Shown here piece after piece: positions 58,917 through 64,000 of a stretch of 64,000 nt of DNA. The notes under the pieces were generated by a model, which saw only the letters and a program-made list of their open reading frames with translations, was not told the DNA's origin and searched no databases. Each line of letters begins with the position of its first letter. Positions within the stretch are counted from its first letter, which is position 1. This DNA comes from a virus: the IMG/VR virus record IMGVR_UViG_3300025133_000032, one strand, 5' to 3'. A program made the position numbers and the translations under genes.

Positions 58917-59492
58917 TTATGCAGGATCACCCAGCCCTAGATTGCAAGCCTCAGCAATAACGTAAGCATCAACTTTATCCAAACAATATGGCTGAACTTT
59001 CTTATTCCTATTCAGCTCCCAAACTTCATGCTTAAAAACTGAGTTGGAAAGATATTCAAACGTCTGCTCTTTTTGATTCTTACCTCCAGCTTTCTTCTTT
59101 GATAGTAATGGAATACCAATTGCTTTACGTGCCGCTGTTGCGTCTATATAGATTGGGTCAATTAAAAACAGTTCACGTGCAAAATATGATACCATGATGT
59201 TAAATTTTGCAAGCAAAGCAATCGTGTTCGCAGATGACATACCACGTCTGAATTTCTTTACTGGATCTTCTATCGCTAGTTTCGTTATTGAGAAGTTGTA
59301 TAAATCAATGTCATACTTTAGAGCTTTTAATGATTCTTTCGTGATGTCAACTTTACCCCAGAAACCAGATTTAACTTTTCTAAGGTCGATATAACCCATT
59401 TTAGCCGGATACGATAGAAGCAGATTCGATTCTTCTAATATAGACCATCCGATTACGCTTGTGCTAACATCTAACGCCAGTATATAGCTCAT
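58917..59492 (-). CDS. RuvC-like Holliday junction resolvase
   Basis: ILALDVSTSVIGW, AIED and DKVDAYVIA acidic motifs. Confidence 0.8.
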   Translation of the reverse strand: MSYILALDVSTSVIGWSILEESNLLLSYPAKMGYIDLRKVKSGFWGKVDITKESLKALKYDIDLYNFSITKLAIEDPVKKFRRGMSSANTIALLAKFNIMVSYFARELFLIDPIYIDATAARKAIGIPLLSKKKAGGKNQKEQTFEYLSNSVFKHEVWELNRNKKVQPYCLDKVDAYVIAEACNLGLGDPA

Positions 59493-59549
59493 GCATAATA
59501 ATACACATAGGTTTGCTGGATGGTAAATTACCTGTGTATGTCTTTGCTG

Positions 59550-61013
59550 CTAATAATTATTGTCTGCAGCAAATTTCACAGAATCATTTTTATCTTTTCT
59601 AAGCATAACAACAATTTCATCTGGTGTCGAGAGATTTTCGGCGACGTTGCGCCTGACACCTGCGTTACTACTCTTTGCTAAAATTTCGTAAATGTCAAAT
59701 CCGAGGGCCGGTCGGCGTGATAGTGCGGAGGTAACAAATGGAATATCATTTGTCGCAAGTATCTTAAAAACTTCATGCGAAGCATTTTTATTATTTAAGA
59801 CAGCATACTGGATCGATTGGTTGGGACGTTTGGCAAGCATGGTGATTGTTTTCGGATCTGTAACAGTCATTGCAGCTTGAGCTAGAAGATCTTTATCATC
59901 GCCGTCTATAAATGTCATTAATACTTGCTCGGGTGTCGAAGGGTTACGAGCAACGCCGCGACGCACAAACCAGTTATCATCAGAAGCCAATGTAGCAAGA
60001 AGCTCTGGAGGTGTGCGAGAACTATGAGATGCTTCTTCTCGCACACCCTCATTTTCGCTTGTTGTCATCTTTGTTAAAGCCGGTATTATAATTTCGTTGG
60101 TATAATCACTAACTTCACCAGATAATTTATTACCTGCTGATTCTAATGAACTCAATAAAGCTAAAATTGCTGGGACTCGCATGCCTTTAACGAGCTTTTT
60201 AAATCTTGAGACTGACGTTACTGCTTTCTTGATATCTTTTATTGCTGGGTGCTCTTTTACTTTTTTTGAATGCAGTGTAATAGCATTTATAATGTCTTCT
60301 TCTTCTTCTTCGAACTCAAAACTAAAATCAAAATCATCGTTATCTTCGTCAACTGTTACAGAACCATACTCAGGCTCTTGTACTTCGCCATTGACTGCCC
60401 CAATTGACCACTTTCTTTTTTTATCATGCTTGTCAAGAACATAATAAAGAATGACGCCATCATTTATTATGTAATTGTAAAATAAGTTCTCACCTTTGGT
60501 CCTTGCTGTGCACCATGCCGTGCCGCGCCCAAGCGCGCACGAAGCATCAAGGCTTCGGGGCATCAAAACAACAAAATTGTCTGATTCATAAACTTTGTCA
60601 GCATCGCCAGATGCTGCCTTGAAATCTATCTTAGAATCATCAGGAAGCTCTTCAAGCTTCCGATGAAGATCCCCAGGGGTCTTATAGGCGTTAATATCTG
60701 TGTCTTTTCCCTTTAACTTCTGCCTGCTTTTAGCTTTGTCGAAAGAAATGATTAAAGGTGAAATATCTCTTAGGGGCTCTTGATTTGAACGTGAAACACG
60801 TTCAAGCCACGTGAGGTATTGTTTTAGTTTAGCTTGGGGGAGGATTTGAAGTTTCTCGAAAACTTCATCCCATTCTTCAGAATGTCTATCAGATCTTGCT
60901 TTAATGTCATCAATGGTGCCTTCTGTAAGAAGGCAATTTATTAGCTCTTTCAAGCTAGTTTCTACCAGCTGATTTGAAATTGCTTCCCGAAGTTCTCTAA
61001 TCGTGATGAGCAT
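59550..61013 (-). CDS. WCTA (PcfJ-like) domain plus LRV/HEAT-like repeat protein, copy 3
   Basis: Leader, ASCALGRGTAWCTA, C-terminal VRRGVARNPSTP-type repeats. Confidence 0.8.
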   Translation of the reverse strand: MLITIRELREAISNQLVETSLKELINCLLTEGTIDDIKARSDRHSEEWDEVFEKLQILPQAKLKQYLTWLERVSRSNQEPLRDISPLIISFDKAKSRQKLKGKDTDINAYKTPGDLHRKLEELPDDSKIDFKAASGDADKVYESDNFVVLMPRSLDASCALGRGTAWCTARTKGENLFYNYIINDGVILYYVLDKHDKKRKWSIGAVNGEVQEPEYGSVTVDEDNDDFDFSFEFEEEEEDIINAITLHSKKVKEHPAIKDIKKAVTSVSRFKKLVKGMRVPAILALLSSLESAGNKLSGEVSDYTNEIIIPALTKMTTSENEGVREEASHSSRTPPELLATLASDDNWFVRRGVARNPSTPEQVLMTFIDGDDKDLLAQAAMTVTDPKTITMLAKRPNQSIQYAVLNNKNASHEVFKILATNDIPFVTSALSRRPALGFDIYEILAKSSNAGVRRNVAENLSTPDEIVVMLRKDKNDSVKFAADNNY

Positions 61014-61125
61014 GTAGTATTATATATTGACGTTACATCGTAAATCATTGAATTTTATGCCTTAGTACCCAATACATATGAGGTTAAAGTTAACTAGATG
61101 ATGATACATGAACACTGGTGAAACA

Positions 61126-61699
61126 TCAGGATATATACCCCAGCCCGCCTAAAAATTTATTAACCTCACCCTGTGACATTTCTCCAAGATCGCCAAATTC
61201 TTCTGGGATTGTATGAGCTTTGTTACCATATTTTGCTAGCTTTGCTCCAGCTTTGCCCTTATCCAATATAGCAATCAATGGTCGGTTCAAGGCCATAAAA
61301 AATGATTTTAAGTAGTGGGGATCGTTAGATAACACAGCGATACAAGGGAACCCAGCATTTAAGATTTTGATCGCATCAAAAATACCTTCAGTTATGAATA
61401 TTGTAGCAGTAGACAGCTCAAGATACTCAAGACCCCAAACAAGAAGCTTTTTCTTGCCTTTTCTACGGAGTGGATCACCTTCCAAACCGGCATACGTAAA
61501 GTATTTTAGTTCACTCTTGCAAGTTACGCCTTCTATGTGTAATGATTTTGCTCGTGCTGGATTATATTGTTGGTAACCTGCAAGTTGTCCTGACATGTTC
61601 CAGATCGGAAACGTCGCTATACCCTCTATCTCATTCAAATACACATTAATAGATGTTGTGTCAACCCCCCCTGCTGAGGAGGTGATCTCTTATGCTCAC
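61126..61699 (-). CDS. Small TOPRIM/primase-like protein, 5' end interrupted at a G7 tract
   Basis: IFITEGIFDA and DLGEM motifs. GTG at 61699 with a GAGGA Shine-Dalgarno is one base out of frame with track ORF 61126..61644. Confidence 0.7.
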
Positions 61700-61752
61700 A
61701 ATTTCTTCCTCACGTTGATATGACATATCATCATTGTATCACGAGTTATAAC

Positions 61753-62184
61753 TTATTGCAACAATTCTGGTGCATGATATTTTTTGGTGTAAGTATTTTT
61801 TAGAGCTTCAAAGTCATTCTTTAATAAAAGATATAAGCGATATTCAGTACAAGAATATTCTATGTCATGTAAATAATAATAAGCATCCATGATGTAGCAA
61901 TCCTTGCTCAAGACAACTTCAGCAGGACCATCTTCTCTATGGAGATTGCCGCTTCTTCTATATATTAGAAATTGTAAAGATCCATCATCGTGGTACTTGA
62001 TATATGATGGCCCATGCATACGATGTAATACACCATCCATGAAATACAATAAAGCCTCTACATTTCCCGTTAAGGAAAAGCACTCAGTGACAGATGCTGC
62101 TCCAATGGCCCAGTTCCTGCGATACTTATCAGTGCTATCGCTAACCACATTTTTATGCGATTTAATCTCACAATAATAAACCAT
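61753..62184 (-). CDS. HRxDGPA-repeat protein, paralog of 15801..16205
   Basis: LHRMHGPS and LHREDGPA repeats; shared tail YRLYLL...DF..LK.TY. Confidence 0.75.
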   Translation of the reverse strand: MVYYCEIKSHKNVVSDSTDKYRRNWAIGAASVTECFSLTGNVEALLYFMDGVLHRMHGPSYIKYHDDGSLQFLIYRRSGNLHREDGPAEVVLSKDCYIMDAYYYLHDIEYSCTEYRLYLLLKNDFEALKNTYTKKYHAPELLQ

Positions 62185-62216
62185 ATTATTATAACGCGGG
62201 CTATAACTTATTACAA

Positions 62217-64000
62217 CTAAAAATCGACCTTCGTTCTAAATAACAATTTATCACTATCTCGTTTTATTATAGGCTGAGCGAAGCGCGTCTTCATGATGAC
62301 ATTTAAGTTATCATCATGAAAATTAAGACCAGTGATGTATACAAATTTTGCATCAGTTTCATGAGCTAAATTAGATGCTGAAACTGGTATATATGATGGA
62401 TTTGATGATGAATTAAATTCGCCTGCCCTTGCTGGAACGTGAATTCTCATCATGTGAATGTTTTGCTCACCAGCTAAACTGATTTCGTATTTATCTTTCC
62501 CAAAAAATGGAATATTCGGCGTCTTGACAACAGCTAAGCCCTCATTGTAGAAAATATTTCCGATGTTATTCCATGTTGCATGTTTTGTCTTTGAATCTGC
62601 CCTATACAACCCGCCATTAGAATTATCGCGTATCGTTATAGAAACTTTCCCATTTGTGCCAGTTATATTTGAATCAGTCGCTATGAATGTTCCAGGGTCA
62701 ATCTTATTGCCATATAAGATATTACTGATGTCAAAGAATACAACTTCATTCGATGAATTATCTCGTGTTCTTTGGTATACAGTATGAACAGCTCCAGGTG
62801 CAATGCCTACAGCCTCTGGGTTCGCGCCGGCCATCGTTTCAAAAAATGAACCTGAGTCAAAAATTAAACCATCGAATAACGTTGATGTTGGGATCATATT
62901 ATTTAGTGTTATTAAACTATAATCCAAGTTCCCAAGATCATTTACATATTTATCATGAGCGCAACCTGATTGTGGGCATACATCACTTGCTCCTGATGCA
63001 AGCAAGCTAAAATCAGGAATGAATAAGCCATTGTCGTTAGGTAGCACAGTGACATTTCTTTTCCTCAACGAGCCTGTAGCGTATGTAAACTGGTTTGCGC
63101 TTAATGCCTGTGTGGGACCAGTTATCTGTGTACCAGAGAGGTTAAGAAGGCGTGGAAAGTTGCTTGTGATTAAGTCTTTTGTAAAATTTTCTAGATTTAG
63201 CAGATGACCTGCAAGCCCAAAAGAGTACGCAGTATTAAAGGGTGTATCCGTCGTACCAGAAATCGCTATAAAGGGAGTTTGTAGTATACCTCCCCTTACC
63301 GCACCAGCTACGCTTGTCCCTTGTGGGCTTCTCGTTGGTGAGCCTTTTGTAAAAAATGGGGGAACATAAAAAATGATACTCCCAGTTTCAGTTGAACCAG
63401 TATGGGCAGAATATTGCAGTTGTTCGCTAGTTCTGTATGTGTTATGTATCTTTAGCTCATGAACTTCGGCGTTTAGTGGGTGCGAAAATGTATATGCCTG
63501 TGGACCATCAGTTGCCGCGTTTCCGTTATCGATTAGCTGGACCAGCCCTTCGCGCTTTCGTATATTTTGATTAAAGAATAATGCTTGATTGCTGTTTCCA
63601 GAGTTGTTTCCTTCATAAAAATTGCCAACGCACAAAACGTCTGGATTACCAGCAGAAAATGGTGCTGGAGCAATAGTAGCAGAAGGAAATACAAATGTAC
63701 CTTTCTCTAAGCCATCTATAACAAATGAACCTGTTCTGCTATTTGTATTTTCTGCCCATCTAATACCAACATGATGCCAATGATTTCTTTTAAGCGAATG
63801 CTCATCAGATAAATATGTCTGATCAGGAAGTGCTGAGAGATCTATTGATGAGGGAGATGTATCTGCGCCACCTGATACTTGTAGCAGTATTCTATAGCTT
63901 GATACACGGTTTGTTGAGTCGCGTCCAGAGCCTGATACTATTGATACTGCATAACTAGAAGACAGGTGAAATAATGTGCCTGCTGGGTATTCATCAAACT
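62217..64000 (-). CDS. Large tail/baseplate structural protein, 5' end outside the window
   Basis: Frame continues past 63635 (LKRNHWHHVGIRW, LamG-like). C-terminus VYITGLNFHDDNLNVIMKTRFAQPIIK resembles tail-collar motifs; TGS-rich. Confidence 0.65.
   Translation of the reverse strand, partial: FDEYPAGTLFHLSSSYAVSIVSGSGRDSTNRVSSYRILLQVSGGADTSPSSIDLSALPDQTYLSDEHSLKRNHWHHVGIRWAENTNSRTGSFVIDGLEKGTFVFPSATIAPAPFSAGNPDVLCVGNFYEGNNSGNSNQALFFNQNIRKREGLVQLIDNGNAATDGPQAYTFSHPLNAEVHELKIHNTYRTSEQLQYSAHTGSTETGSIIFYVPPFFTKGSPTRSPQGTSVAGAVRGGILQTPFIAISGTTDTPFNTAYSFGLAGHLLNLENFTKDLITSNFPRLLNLSGTQITGPTQALSANQFTYATGSLRKRNVTVLPNDNGLFIPDFSLLASGASDVCPQSGCAHDKYVNDLGNLDYSLITLNNMIPTSTLFDGLIFDSGSFFETMAGANPEAVGIAPGAVHTVYQRTRDNSSNEVVFFDISNILYGNKIDPGTFIATDSNITGTNGKVSITIRDNSNGGLYRADSKTKHATWNNIGNIFYNEGLAVVKTPNIPFFGKDKYEISLAGEQNIHMMRIHVPARAGEFNSSSNPSYIPVSASNLAHETDAKFVYITGLNFHDDNLNVIMKTRFAQPIIKRDSDKLLFRTKVDF

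Noticed and set aside
28754-61013. Diversity-generating retroelement acting on the paralog families
   Set aside because: No reverse transcriptase in the window, and differences between copies are not adenine-specific.
245-63207. Numerous plus-strand ORFs in the track (e.g. 482..1066, 5000..5575, 41361..42128)
   Set aside because: They are antisense shadows of long minus-strand genes, with no motifs or start signals.
1-64000. tRNA genes, CRISPR arrays and stop-codon reassignment
   Set aside because: Intergenic gaps are short, with no cloverleaf or repeat-spacer pattern that I could see. Core genes are full length in the standard code and use all three stop codons.

Overview
This window is the virion morphogenesis region of a large T4-like contractile-tailed (myovirus-type, probably jumbo) bacteriophage. 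It is AT-rich, reads in the standard genetic code, and is almost entirely on the minus strand. In transcription order (high to low coordinates) it carries: a partial tail/baseplate protein, a TOPRIM protein, a RuvC-like resolvase, a split SbcD/SbcC (gp47/gp46) nuclease, terminase large subunit, a portal with two inteins, prohead protease, scaffold, major capsid protein, neck proteins, two tandem tail sheaths, tail tube, tail assembly chaperone, tape measure and baseplate genes. Accessory cassettes are interspersed: a NAMPT plus NMNAT-Nudix NAD+ pair, ClpP, two Hef-like endonucleases, a kinase-like protein, a secreted beta-helix protein and a tandem array of small paralogs. The most notable signal is a candidate capsid-cargo system: about ten proteins share an N-terminal leader ending in [IL]-x-E, and several sit directly behind a late-promoter-like motif ATANTTAW. 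This set includes a kinase and a four-member expanding family of WCTA-domain plus 26-aa repeat proteins. Other notable signals are two HNH-type inteins only 11 residues apart in the portal, a +1/-2 frameshift site in the tail chaperone, an Mre11 domain split with charge-complementary tails, a hairpin that masks a late start codon, and a G7 tract that interrupts the TOPRIM gene. All calls come from motif recognition and gene order; no database searches were run.
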